Made by a program: the position numbers and the translations under genes. A DNA stretch of 64,000 nt from Planctomycetota bacterium (GTDB lineage Bacteria > Planctomycetota > SZUA-567 > H5-PLA8). The notes under the pieces are model-generated. The model was given only the letters and a program-made list of their open reading frames with translations, did no database searches and was not told the origin of the DNA. Location of the stretch: NCBI GenBank assembly GCA_027493525.1, contig JAOSKN010000004.1:14868-78867 (forward strand), given 5' to 3'. Shown here piece after piece: positions 37,508 through 46,889 of the stretch (positions within the stretch are counted from its first letter, which is position 1; every line of letters starts with the position of its first letter).

Positions 37508-38812
37508 ATGCCCCCACCGCGCTTCCTGGCCCTCGCCGCGCTCTGCGCCTGCGCCCTCGCCGCTTCGGCCCGCGCCGGCGAGGACGCCCCGCCGCCGCCG
37601 CGCCTCCTGGCCCAGGCCCAGGAACAAGCCGTCGTCGCCGCGCTGCAAGGGGAGTGGATCGCCGAGGTGGGCAAGGAGAACGTCCTGCTCGTCTTCCGCG
37701 AGGACCGCGGCTTCAGCCTCGAAGAAGCGCGCGGGACCTACGCCTTCAAGGGCGACAAGCTGGAGCTGACCTCCGGCTCGAACGCCGTCGCCTACGCCTA
37801 CGAGCTGGCCGGCAACCAGTTGACCCTCAGCGGCGCCGACCTGCCCAAGCCGCTCAAGTTCACCTACCGCCCCGCGCTCGCGCGCCTCTGGGGCGGGCTC
37901 TTCGAGGTCACCTGGGAATCGGCGAGCCGCAAGTTCATGCGCTGCGTGGCTGTCGTGGGCATCGCCTTCGCCGCGTGGCTCCTCATCGTGCTCCTGCGCT
38001 TCGTCAGCATGCTCCTGGTCTTCGGCGAGTGGGGCCCGCTGCGCTTCATCTTCCGCTATCACAAGAACCGTACCATCACGATCCACCGCCTGGTCCTGAA
38101 CGTCGCCAAGTACGTCGTCTGCTTCGTCGCGCTGGGTTATGTGCTCTCCGAACTCGGGATCAACTACACGGCCTACCTCGCCTCGCTCTCCGTCATCGGC
38201 CTGGCGATCGGCTTCGGCTCCCAGGGCCTGGTCCAGGACATGGTCACCGGCTTCTTCATCATCTTCGAGGGCCAGTTCGACGTCGGCGACATGGTCGAGA
38301 TCTCCGGCCAGACCGGCGTCGTCCGCGACCTGGGCCTGCGCATGACCAAGCTCGCCAACTACCAGGGCCAGACCGTCGTGATCCCCAACCGCAACATCGC
38401 CGTCGTGGGGAACTACACCCGCGGGGGCCTGGAGTCCTTCGTCGACGTCGCCGTGGCCGACGCCCAGGCCGCCGCGCGCGCCGGGCCCCTCGTCGCCGCC
38501 CTCGCCGCCGAACTGACCCGCCAGTTCGACGGCATCGTCCTGGAGCCCCCCGAGGCGCTCGGCGAGGTCGCGCTCGCGACCGGCGAGCGCTTCGTCCGCG
38601 TCCAGCTCACCATCTGGCCCCAGCAGCAGTGGTTCATCGACCAGCAATTCGTCCCGCGCCTCCGCGAGGCCTTCAAGCGCGAGGACCTCGAGATCCCCGG
38701 CGACCGCGTCGTCGCCTTCTACCGCCGCCCCGACACCAACGACGTCCGCCCCTCCGCCCGCGGCTTCACCTCCATCCTCGGCCGCGCCCTCAGCGACAAG
38801 CACGAGCACTGA
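37508..38812 (+). CDS. Mechanosensitive ion channel (MscS family) with an N-terminal secreted domain
   Basis: Signal peptide MPPPRFLALAALCACALAASARA. MscS core motifs IGLAIGFGSQGLVQDMVTGFFIIFEGQFDVGDMVEI and VVIPNRNI. Confidence 0.85.
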   Translation: MPPPRFLALAALCACALAASARAGEDAPPPPRLLAQAQEQAVVAALQGEWIAEVGKENVLLVFREDRGFSLEEARGTYAFKGDKLELTSGSNAVAYAYELAGNQLTLSGADLPKPLKFTYRPALARLWGGLFEVTWESASRKFMRCVAVVGIAFAAWLLIVLLRFVSMLLVFGEWGPLRFIFRYHKNRTITIHRLVLNVAKYVVCFVALGYVLSELGINYTAYLASLSVIGLAIGFGSQGLVQDMVTGFFIIFEGQFDVGDMVEISGQTGVVRDLGLRMTKLANYQGQTVVIPNRNIAVVGNYTRGGLESFVDVAVADAQAAARAGPLVAALAAELTRQFDGIVLEPPEALGEVALATGERFVRVQLTIWPQQQWFIDQQFVPRLREAFKREDLEIPGDRVVAFYRRPDTNDVRPSARGFTSILGRALSDKHEH

Positions 38813-39077
38813 GTACCGTGCCGCCGCAAGGCGGAGCGGTCTTGCTTGGGCTCGTTGTTGTGGCTCCGCGTCCCGCAAAAGGTGTGAACCACCCCCGCAC
38901 CTCGTGCAACTGCCCCGCCTGTACGACTTTCTTCCCACCATTCCCAAAGTATGCAAAAAGACCTTCGACGAAACGCCCCATGAACACCGTCAGAACCGCG
39001 AGTGGCATTTTAGGCGCGCTCCGCGAGAATGGCGGGGCCGCGCCTGCGCTTCCCGCTTTCCACTGGAGGATGGGTCC

Positions 39078-39986
39078 ATGCGTTCGATCCGTTGGGCGTT
39101 TGCCGTGCTGGCCGCCATGCTCTGCCTCGCCGGCGCGCGCGCCGAAGACAAGCTCTGGACCGAAGACTTCGCCGCCGCCCTCGAGAAGGCCGAAAAGGAC
39201 AAGAAGGACGTGCTTCTCGACTTCACCGGCTCCGACTGGTGCCATTGGTGCGTCCAGTTGAAGGGCGAAGTCTTCGACCAGGAGGCCTTCAAGAAGGCCG
39301 CCCCCGAGCACTTCGTCCTCGTTGAACTCGACTTCCCCCGCGGCAAGGAACAGAACGAGGCCGTCAAGCAGCAGAACAAGATGCTCGCGCAGACCTTCGG
39401 CATCGAAGGCTTCCCCACCGTCATCCTCCTTGACGGCAAGGGCCGCCCCTACGCCAAGACCGGCTACCAGCCCGGCGGGGCCGAGAAGTTCCTCGAACAC
39501 CTCGCCGGCCTGCGCCAGAAGCGCGCCGCCCGCGACGAACTCTTCGCCAAGGCCGACGCCGCGCAGGGCGCCGAGAAGGCCAAGCACCTCGACGAGGCTC
39601 TCCAGACCGTCAGCGCCCAGGTTGGGAGCCTCGCCGGCTACGACGAAGTCGTCGAGCAGATCCTCGCCGCCGACGCCGAGAACCAGGGCGGCTTCAAGAC
39701 CAAGTACGGCGGCCTGAAGACCCTCAAGGATCTGGAATCCGAACACGCCAAGGGCGCCGAGACCGCGGCCGTGATGGCCAAGCTCGACGAGTTTCTCGCC
39801 GAGACCAAGCCCGCCGGCGACCTTCTTCAGCGCGCCCTGCTCCAGAAGGCCATGCTCCTCAACGACGTTCGCGTCAAAGAGATGGTCGCCAACCTCAAGC
39901 AGGCCCTCGCCGCCGCGCCCGAAGGCCCCAAGGCCCAGGAGATCCAGGGCATCCTCATGCAGTTGGGCGCCCAGCCCGACCAGTAA
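39078..39986 (+). CDS. Secreted thioredoxin-fold protein (CxxC: WCHWC)
   Basis: Signal peptide MRSIRWAFAVLAAMLCLAGARA. VLLDFTGSDWCHWCVQL...GFPTVILLD. Helical C-terminal extension. Confidence 0.8.
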   Translation: MRSIRWAFAVLAAMLCLAGARAEDKLWTEDFAAALEKAEKDKKDVLLDFTGSDWCHWCVQLKGEVFDQEAFKKAAPEHFVLVELDFPRGKEQNEAVKQQNKMLAQTFGIEGFPTVILLDGKGRPYAKTGYQPGGAEKFLEHLAGLRQKRAARDELFAKADAAQGAEKAKHLDEALQTVSAQVGSLAGYDEVVEQILAADAENQGGFKTKYGGLKTLKDLESEHAKGAETAAVMAKLDEFLAETKPAGDLLQRALLQKAMLLNDVRVKEMVANLKQALAAAPEGPKAQEIQGILMQLGAQPDQ

Positions 39987-39996
39987 CCGCGCCATT

Positions 39997-40055
39997 GGTA
40001 GCGCCGGCGTCCTCGCCGGCTCGCGCGGGCGTCCCGCCCGCGCGTCTTCCAGTTC
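39997..40055. repeat. REP-like GC hairpin pair (GCCGGCG-TCCT-CGCCGGC; CGCGCGGGCG-TCC-CGCCCGCGCG)
   Basis: Perfect 7-bp and 10-bp stems, read directly. The same units recur at 41323-41345, 50489-50604, 59229-59278 (reverse) and 61383-61440. Confidence 0.85.
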
Positions 40056-40230
40056 TCCCTGTCCCGACCCCCCGCGCCAACTTGCACGATTCTACGCTCC
40101 GCCCGCATAAACCCGGCCGCGCCTCGGAACCTCCGAACTAAGCGCAATTTATCCCCGATAAAGACGGTCAGCCGGAGTACCCTTTTGCGTTAAGATCTAT
40201 CGAACAGACCTCCCATGGAGCACGCACTAC

Positions 40231-41244
40231 GTGACCTTGCACCGGCTGACTTGCCTCGTCCTGCTCCTGGCGCTGCTCCCGCTCCGCCCCGCCGCCGCCG
40301 ACCTGATCGTCTTCCTCGACGGCCGCACGCTCGAAGGCGAGATCGTCGGCGACGACGGCGAGTACTACACGATCCAAGGCCGCTTCGGGAAGACCAAGAT
40401 CCTCAAGCGCGAGGTCCGCGAGATCCAGAAGGTCCTCTCGCCGCGCGAGGAGTTCGAATCCCGTCAGGCCACACTTGAGAAATCCGAGAAGCAGAAGAAC
40501 GCCGACGCCTGGGCGGACCTGGCGAAGTTCGCCGCCTCCAAGCAGCTCGACCAGCAGGCCAAGGCCGCCTGGGAGCACGCGCTCAAGTGCGACGAAGACC
40601 ACCTCGCCGCGCGCGAGGCCCTCGGCTTCGTCCGCTACCTCGGCGCCTGGGTGCCCCTCGAAGAAAAAATGAAAGCCGAAGGCAAGGTGAAGCACGGAGA
40701 GCGCTGGGTCACCCCCGAAGAAGCCCAGGCTCAGGACGCGCCGGCGATCAAGCTGGAGACCCCGCCCACGCCCGTCCCCGGCGAAGTCGGCGCCGCCGCG
40801 GCCGCCGCTCAGCCCCAGCCGTGCGCCTACTGCAAGGCCACCGGGTTCGCGCGCTGGTTCCCCTGCCAGGAGTGCAAGAGTTCCGGCAAGCCCGGCTACG
40901 TGAACCTCGGCGAACGCCACAGCCTCTGCCCGCGCTGCGCCGGCCGGGGCGAATTGCCGGCCCTCCGCTGCGTCCGCTGCAACGGCGCCGGCCGCGTCGA
41001 GCCCCAGTATCCGCGCACTGCCGGCGGCATCGTCGTGCCGCGTGGCTACAAAGAGTGCGCCCCCTGCAACGGCACCGGCGGCGCCGATTTCAAGGAGTGC
41101 CCCCGCTGCGTCAAGACCCGGCCCCGCGGGTTCCTCAACTTCGGCGACCGCTTCGAGCCCTGCTCGCAGTGCGGCGGTGAAGCCAAGGTCCCCACCAAGC
41201 GCTGTCCGACCTGCGCCGGCGCCCAAGTCGTCAAGAGCCCATAA
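40231..41244 (+). CDS. Secreted protein with about 8 DnaJ-type CxxC(xGxG) zinc-finger units
   Basis: Signal peptide (GTG start) MTLHRLTCLVLLLALLPLRPAAA. CPRCAGRG, CVRCNGAG, CAPCNGTG, CSQCGG, CPTCAG and others. The N-terminal IVFLDGRTLEGEIV...ILKREV module resembles part of 24..1103. Confidence 0.75.
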   Translation: MTLHRLTCLVLLLALLPLRPAAADLIVFLDGRTLEGEIVGDDGEYYTIQGRFGKTKILKREVREIQKVLSPREEFESRQATLEKSEKQKNADAWADLAKFAASKQLDQQAKAAWEHALKCDEDHLAAREALGFVRYLGAWVPLEEKMKAEGKVKHGERWVTPEEAQAQDAPAIKLETPPTPVPGEVGAAAAAAQPQPCAYCKATGFARWFPCQECKSSGKPGYVNLGERHSLCPRCAGRGELPALRCVRCNGAGRVEPQYPRTAGGIVVPRGYKECAPCNGTGGADFKECPRCVKTRPRGFLNFGDRFEPCSQCGGEAKVPTKRCPTCAGAQVVKSP

Positions 41245-41262
41245 TCTTCTCGCCGCGGCATC

Positions 41263-41345
41263 GTGCCACGGGTTGGCGCAGCCGCCCCGTGCCTCACGCG
41301 GAGCCCCGGCATCCCGCCGTTCGTAGCGCCGGCGTCCTCGCCGGC
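41263..41345. repeat. REP-like units (GTGCCACGGGTYGGCGCAGCCGCCCCGTGCC plus GTAGCGCCGGCGTCCTCGCCGGC)
   Basis: Near-identical copies at 50574-50604, 59157-59188 (reverse), 59280-59300 (reverse) and 61359-61405. Confidence 0.85.
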
Positions 41346-41515
41346 ATTTGCCGCCCCCGCCCGCCTGAAAAATTCACGCTGTAAACACCGGCAACCCCGC
41401 CAACCTCCAGGCGCTTGCGGCGCGACCCGCTTAACCTCGCGTGTTTGTCCGCCGCAAGGCCGCCGCGCGCGGCGTATACTTCCCACCGGGCACACGCAAC
41501 GGGGGAGCAACCCGC

Positions 41516-42250
41516 ATGGCCGACCGACTGAACGTCCTGCTCACCGGCGCCGCCGGCCGCGTCGGGCAGATGCTCCTCCCGTCCTTCAAGGAACGCTACG
41601 CGCTCCGCGCCTTCGACCGCGTCCCGGTCCCCGGCGATCCCGCCGCGCTCCGGGGCGACCTTGAAGATGCCGAGGGCCTGCGCCAGGCCATGGCCGGCGT
41701 CGACGTGCTGGTCCACCTCGCCGCGGACCCCAATCCCTTCGCGAAGTTCCGCGAGGAACTCGTCGGCCCCAACATCGTCGGCCTCTACAACGCCTTTCAG
41801 GCCGCCGTCGAGGCCAAGGTCCGCCGCGTCGTCTACGCCAGCAGCGTCCAGACTGTGATGGCGCGCCCCTTCGAGACCGACTCGGTGGACGTGAACGACC
41901 CGCCGCGCCCGCATACGCTCTACGGCGCGACCAAGCACTTCGGCGAGGTCCTGGGGCGCTGGTTCCACGACCACCATCCGCTCGAGTTCGTCGCGCTACG
42001 CCTCGGCGGAACCTGCAAGGCCAAGCCCGAGGGCTTCGCCTGGAAGAGCGAAGCGCCGTGGAACTGGCTCAGCGACCGCGACGCCGTCCAGCTCTTCACC
42101 AAGGCCATCGAGACCCCCGGCGTCGGCTTCCTCGTGGCCTTCGGGCGCAGCAAGACCGTTCGCGAGTACATGAGCCTCCGCACCGCCCGCGAAGTCCTCG
42201 GCTACGAGCCCCAGGACGACGTCCGCGCGCACCTCCCGCCGCGCGAGTAA
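41516..42250 (+). CDS. NAD-dependent epimerase/dehydratase-family protein
   Basis: LLTGAAGRVGQ Rossmann motif. YGATKHFGE (YxxxK). Confidence 0.8.
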   Translation: MADRLNVLLTGAAGRVGQMLLPSFKERYALRAFDRVPVPGDPAALRGDLEDAEGLRQAMAGVDVLVHLAADPNPFAKFREELVGPNIVGLYNAFQAAVEAKVRRVVYASSVQTVMARPFETDSVDVNDPPRPHTLYGATKHFGEVLGRWFHDHHPLEFVALRLGGTCKAKPEGFAWKSEAPWNWLSDRDAVQLFTKAIETPGVGFLVAFGRSKTVREYMSLRTAREVLGYEPQDDVRAHLPPRE

Positions 42251-42350
42251 ATAGACAGGGAAAGTGAGACGCTAATGCTGCCTAAAAAGCGAATTCCGAC
42301 CCCCATCCCGGCGAAATCCTGCGCGAAGAGTTCCTGGCGCCGCTGGGCCT

Positions 42351-43732
42351 GGGGTATTGTCAAAAGTTGTGGATGGCGAGAGGAGAATCATGCGGCGTTT
42401 TCCTTGATGCCGTCCACGAAACGGATGCCTCGAATCACGTCTTCCAGCAGCTTATGGCCGTTTAGTTTCCGCCAGCGCTTCTCGGCAACCTGAGCGAGTT
42501 TGAACACCATCGCCAGCGTGGCTTGGCGCGTGCCGCAGCCTTTGGTCTTGTGCGTCCGCAAGCGCACCGTGGCGAAGGCGGACTCGATCGGGTTCGTCGT
42601 TCTCAGATGCGCCCAATGCTCGGCGGGGAAATCGTAAAACGCCAACAGCGCGTCTTGGTCCTTGAGCAGACACTCGACCGCCTTGGGATGCTTGGCTTGG
42701 TACGTCGCCACGAACGCATCGAACGCTGCCTGCGCATCCTTGCGCGTCTGGGCCATCCAGATCTGATGCAATTTCTCCTTGGCTGAAGGCTGTAATTTCT
42801 TGGGCAGGCCGTTCAGCACATTCATCGTCTTGTGAACCCAGCAACGCTGCACCCGGCACTTGGCAAAGGCTTTCGGAAGCGCCGCCCAGAAGCCCAACGC
42901 ACCGTCGCCGATGGCCAGGTCCGGGCCGTTCTTCAAGCCGCGCGCTTTCAGGTCCGTCAAGACCTCAAGCCAGGACTGTTCGCTCTCCCGCACGCCGTCA
43001 TGCACGGCGACCAGTTCCTTCTTGCCGTCGGCCGTGGCCCCCATGACCACCAGGATGCACGAGCGGTCTTCCTCCAGGCGGACGTTGAAGTAGATGCCGT
43101 CCACCCACAGATACACGTAGCGCTTGCCCGCCAAGGACCGCCGGTTCCAGCTCGCGTACTCGGAGGCCCAGACGTCCTTGATCCGCGTGATCGTATTGGC
43201 CGAAAGCCCCTTGGCTTGCGGCCCCAACAGCGCGCTCAGCGCCTCCGGAAAGTCCTGCGTGGAGATGCCCTTCAAATAGAGCCACGGGATCAGGTCTTCC
43301 ATGCTCTTGGTCCGGCGCAAATAGGGCGGCAGAATCTTGCTCGTAAAGGGCTCTCGCTCGTCCGAGGGGCGCCGGTCTTCCACGCGCGGCTGCGCTACGC
43401 GTACGGCGCCGATGCCCGTCTGGATCGTTCGTTCCGGCAGGTAGCCGTTGCGCACCACCACGCGATGCCCGCGCTCGTCCCGCGCCCGCTCGAAACGCTG
43501 GAGGTATTCTTCCACCTCCGCGTTCAGCGCCGCGGCTAGCAAGCGCTGCGCGCCTTCGTTCAGGATGTGAGTAAGCACGTCCCGGCTGGACGCTTGCGGA
43601 TCGAGCGAAACCGTCGTACCCTGGCTCATGTGGCGTATCCTCCTGCCCTTGTGGGCGTGGTGGCCTTAGATCTCCACCAAGGATACGCCGCACTTTTCTT
43701 TCTCGCTCATCCACAACTTTTGACAATACCCC
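42351..43732 (-). mobile_element. IS256-family insertion sequence (1382 bp) with perfect 25-bp terminal inverted repeats and an 8-bp target-site duplication
   Basis: IRs: GGGGTATTGTCAAAAGTTGTGGATG (42351-42375) and its exact reverse complement (43708-43732). TSD CTGGGCCT at 42343-42350 and 43733-43740. Confidence 0.95.
42388..43629 (-). CDS. IS256-family (Mutator-type) transposase
   Basis: 413 aa. ...RNGYLPERTIQTGIGAVRVAQPRV...YLWVDGIYFNVR...QRCWVHKTMNVL...TTNPIES... are typical of Transposase_mut. Confidence 0.95.
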   Translation of the reverse strand: MSQGTTVSLDPQASSRDVLTHILNEGAQRLLAAALNAEVEEYLQRFERARDERGHRVVVRNGYLPERTIQTGIGAVRVAQPRVEDRRPSDEREPFTSKILPPYLRRTKSMEDLIPWLYLKGISTQDFPEALSALLGPQAKGLSANTITRIKDVWASEYASWNRRSLAGKRYVYLWVDGIYFNVRLEEDRSCILVVMGATADGKKELVAVHDGVRESEQSWLEVLTDLKARGLKNGPDLAIGDGALGFWAALPKAFAKCRVQRCWVHKTMNVLNGLPKKLQPSAKEKLHQIWMAQTRKDAQAAFDAFVATYQAKHPKAVECLLKDQDALLAFYDFPAEHWAHLRTTNPIESAFATVRLRTHKTKGCGTRQATLAMVFKLAQVAEKRWRKLNGHKLLEDVIRGIRFVDGIKENAA

Positions 43733-44075
43733 CTGGGCCTCTCCCAGGTGGACCTCGCGCGGCATCTCAACACCTCCGTCCAGCGCGTCAACGAAGTCGT
43801 AACCGGCAAGCGCGGCGTAACGCCCGAGTTGGTCTGGCTCCTGGCCGGTGCGTTGGGCGCTACCCCCGGATTCTGGATCAACCTGCAGACTCAGTACGAT
43901 CTGGCGCGCGCGCGCCCGGCGAAGGCCGTCCGCCCCATCCGCTTTGTTTCGTAGCGCCGCCGTCCCGCCCGCGCGGCTTCAGTTTTTCCGTACCGCAGGC
44001 GTTCCGTAGGCTCATGTACCTTCAAAAGCCGTACTTGAATTCCGCTCCGCGCGCCCCGCGTCTCCGCGGTGGATC

Positions 44076-44891
44076 TCAAACCTCCAGCGCCAGCCCGTCG
44101 TGCCCGACGAACACCTCGCCCCCGAAGCCCGCGCGGACCTGCGCGCCCAGTTTCGCGCAGATCTCCGGGTCCTCGCTCCAGTCCTCGATGACCAGGTGCT
44201 TCAAGACCACGCGCTTCACGCCGGCCTTCGAAGCCAGCTCCGCGACGGTCTGCGGGTTCATGTGCCACGCGCCCCACTCGCGCGCGGCGAGGAACTCCCG
44301 CGTCCCGCTGCACTCGACGCAGAGCAGCTCCGCGCCACGGCAAAATTCGACCAGCCGCGGCGAAGGCTCGGTATCGCTGGTGACGACGATTCTTTTGCCG
44401 TCCAGCTCGAAGCGGAAATTGATGTTCGGCAAATGCCCGTGCTCGGTGAAGAGCGCCTGCGCCTCGTACTGCGGCGTCGAGCGGAACGCGCCCTCGCGCG
44501 CGATCTCCGTCACGTCCCACTCCATCCCCGCCGGGTCCTTGCCGTGGCTGAGCCGGCTCGCGATGTCCATCGCGTAGGCCTCGCGCACGCCCTTCTCGAG
44601 GAACTCGCGCGTGCCGGGCGGCCCGTAAATCGCCAGCCGGTGCGTGCGCCCGTAGACCCAGCTTAAAAGGATGAGCTGCGCGAGGTCGCAGACGTGGTCG
44701 AAGTGCAGGTGGCTCAGGAAGACCGTATCGATCCGCGCGAGGTCGAAGCCGCAGTTCTTCAAGCCCTGCACGGCCCCGCGCCCCTGGTCGATGACGAGCG
44801 TCTCGCCGGCGCAGCGCAGCGCCTGGCACGTCCCGCCGCGCCGAGGATTCGCCCGCACCGCCCCGGAACCCACGAGAGTGAAGGTTGGCAT
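44076..44891 (-). CDS. MBL-fold metallo-hydrolase
   Basis: HLHFDH (HxHxDH) motif. ATG at 44891 (MPTFTLVGSG...). Upstream ORF extension rejected. Confidence 0.8.
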   Translation of the reverse strand: MPTFTLVGSGAVRANPRRGGTCQALRCAGETLVIDQGRGAVQGLKNCGFDLARIDTVFLSHLHFDHVCDLAQLILLSWVYGRTHRLAIYGPPGTREFLEKGVREAYAMDIASRLSHGKDPAGMEWDVTEIAREGAFRSTPQYEAQALFTEHGHLPNINFRFELDGKRIVVTSDTEPSPRLVEFCRGAELLCVECSGTREFLAAREWGAWHMNPQTVAELASKAGVKRVVLKHLVIEDWSEDPEICAKLGAQVRAGFGGEVFVGHDGLALEV

Positions 44892-45224
44892 GCGGAAGAC
44901 AGTAACCTGCGCATGCGCATCGGCAACCGGCAAGCTGCCGTCCCTGGACGGAGCTTGGCAGGCCTTTGAGAATAAACGAAGTAGCGGTATTCTTCGCCGA
45001 GGTGAAGTGAGGTGGCATCGCACGACAGTAATCTGTGTTCTGCAATCTGTAAACCAAGTGGGCAGGGTTGAGCCTCCGCAGCTCGCTACAAAGCGGGCCA
45101 TGGTTTGACCTCTCACTTTGGTGCGAACCGTTGCCCAAGGAAGACTCTTGTCAACGGTTAGAAAGCGCCTCAAGATGAAAGGCCTGTTGGCGGCCAACAG
45201 GTGGTAATCGGTCAGGAATAATTC

Positions 45225-45494
45225 ATGCCCGCTATTTCAATGTTCTATGGGATTGTGGTGTCCCTGTATTTTTTGGACAACCGGCGGCACAACCGCCCTC
45301 ATATCCACGCACGATATCAGGATCAAGAAGCCGTCATCTCCATCCCAGAAGGAGAAATCCTGGAGGGCGCGCTTCCTCCTGGTAAAATGAGGTTGGTGCT
45401 GGCATGGATTGAAATCCACCAGGAGGAGTTGACGGCTGATTGGCAACTCGCGGTGGCGGGACAACGGCCATTCAAAATAGAGCCCCTGAGGTGA
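45225..45494 (+). CDS. DUF4160-domain protein
   Basis: MPAISMFYGIVVSLYFLDNRRHNRPHIHARYQDQEAV...LVLAWIEIHQEEL is the characteristic DUF4160 pattern. Confidence 0.85.
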   Translation: MPAISMFYGIVVSLYFLDNRRHNRPHIHARYQDQEAVISIPEGEILEGALPPGKMRLVLAWIEIHQEELTADWQLAVAGQRPFKIEPLR

Positions 45495-45497
45495 GCG

Positions 45498-45743
45498 ATG
45501 AATCCTCGCGTAAAAACGGTCGCGGCCAAGCAAAACTATGTACTTGAGCTCGTTTTTTCCAACGGCGAGGTAGGCACGTTCGACTGTGCGCCGTATCTGA
45601 ATTTTGGGGTTTTCAGCGAGCTTCAAGACCCCACGTATTTCGCGCAAGCGCGCGTTGAAGGCGGAACCGTCGTTTGGCCGAACGAGCAAGATATCTGCCC
45701 CGACACCCTGTACGAAGCATCGACAAAACTGACTTCCAAGTAA
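45498..45743 (+). CDS. DUF2442-domain protein
   Basis: ...YVLELVFSNGEVGTFDCAPYL..GVFSEL.D...F....V..GTVVWPNEQDICPDTLY. Lies 3 nt after the DUF4160 gene. Confidence 0.85.
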   Translation: MNPRVKTVAAKQNYVLELVFSNGEVGTFDCAPYLNFGVFSELQDPTYFAQARVEGGTVVWPNEQDICPDTLYEASTKLTSK

Positions 45744-45787
45744 TCGGGCGGGTCCCCGGCGGGTGGCTCGTGCGGCGAACGCGGGTG

Positions 45788-45812
45788 GCCCCCATAACGC
45801 CGTTATGGGGGC
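45788..45812 (+). terminator. Perfect 11-bp stem / 3-nt loop hairpin downstream of the DUF4160-DUF2442 pair
   Basis: gcccccataac-gcc-gttatgggggc. No U-tract. Confidence 0.4.
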
Positions 45813-46070
45813 GCCGAAGGCGATGGCAACCTCATGGAGCACGGACGCACGCCGGTGAAGCTGGCTTTGCCCTGAGTGGCCCATCCGAATATCGTCGCTG
45901 GTTTGGCCCGTGAGAGTTCTGCGTTAGGCCACATACAGCGGAGCCGTCGGCGGGTGGGCAGGCGGCCGGTAGGCATGGGTGCCAAGGAGCAAGCGCCCGT
46001 TTGCTTGCTCCTTGCTGATGCGCCAGCGGCACAACTTGACTCACCCGCGCCGCCATGAAGGAACGCTGCG

Positions 46071-46412
46071 ATGCCTCGATACCTGATTTCGTTCAATGAC
46101 GGCTCGATGGATCATATTCCCGACGCGGATTGGCCGGCGGTGGGCGAGGCTTCGCATCAGGTGGTTCGGGAGGCCAAGGCCGCGGGCGTCTGGATCTTCG
46201 GCGCCGGCGTGCAGCGCCAGCAAGCGGCCGTGGTTGCGACGGACGGGACCGTCGCACTCGGACCGGTACCGGAGACCAAAGCGGTGATCGGCGGGTTTGC
46301 GATCATCGAGGTTGCGTCACGCGAGGAGGCGCTCGATTGGGCCGCCAGGTTCGCCGCCGCGTGCCGCTGCGCGCAGGAAGTTCGCGAGATCATCTTCGAT
46401 CCGGAGTCCTGA
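46071..46412 (+). CDS. YciI-family (YCII-related) protein
   Basis: MPRYLISFNDGSM......EAKAAGVWIFGAGV....A.VV..DG.V..GP.PETK.VIGGFAIIEV.SREEALDWAA. About 113 aa. Confidence 0.8.
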   Translation: MPRYLISFNDGSMDHIPDADWPAVGEASHQVVREAKAAGVWIFGAGVQRQQAAVVATDGTVALGPVPETKAVIGGFAIIEVASREEALDWAARFAAACRCAQEVREIIFDPES

Positions 46413-46548
46413 GCGGAGGTTGCTGGAGCGTGCGGCTTGGCCATACATTCAAGCCGCCGTCTGGAGCGCCGCCGCCGATCCGGAACGCAAGGACGCTCGA
46501 CACCTTGCCACCGAGCGCCGTCCGCGAGCAGTACGTGGAGGGAAGCCC

Positions 46549-46889
46549 GTGAGGCTGCCTGGCGTTGAACGCGCGGAGGTGGACGCGTCCAAAGTCCGCG
46601 ATTACCTGCTTTCCGCCGCGCATCCCGTCGGAGGTTCAAGTGCGCCTTCTTCGCGCGCCTGGGCTACTCGGCGAACGACTGGCAATTGCTCGCCGCCGAC
46701 CTGCGGCGCCATGCGCTGGACCATCCGGCGGTTGCGTCCGAGCGGAACGAGTACGGGCAGAAGTACGAAATTCGTGGTAGAATCGAAGAACCGGCCGGAA
46801 GGGCGGCAACCCTCGTCGCCGTTTGGATCGTGCTTTACGGCGAGGATTTTCCCCGTTTGGTGACGGCCTTCCCGGGAGCGCGAACGTGA
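46549..46889 (+). pseudogene. DUF6883-domain protein, frameshifted
   Basis: GTG at 46549 after GGAGGG. ...KVRDYLLSAAHPVGG then a frame switch at T2 46635-46636 to FKCAFFARLGYSANDWQLLAADLRRHAL...YEIRGRIEEPAGRAATLVAVWIV...PRLVTAFP. The stop overlaps the next start (GTGA). Confidence 0.65.

Larger units (their letters stand above)
42275..43954 (+). pseudogene. higA: HigA-family antitoxin (HTH-XRE) disrupted by the IS256-family insertion, with a homopolymer frameshift near the start
   Basis: Left piece reads ...HPGEILREEFLAPLGL up to 42350. Right piece (43741..43954) reads SQVDLARHLNTSVQRVNEVVTGKRGVTPELVWLLAGALGATPGFWINLQTQYDL. The two join exactly once the IS and one TSD copy are removed. ATG 42275 is out of frame at the C5 run 42300-42304. 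Confidence 0.85.

Noticed and set aside
45795-45930. attC-like site (CCATAAC … GTTAGGC) downstream of the DUF2442 gene
   Set aside because: The sequences between the two core-like motifs do not pair. CCATAAC is part of a separate perfect 11-bp hairpin (45788-45812).
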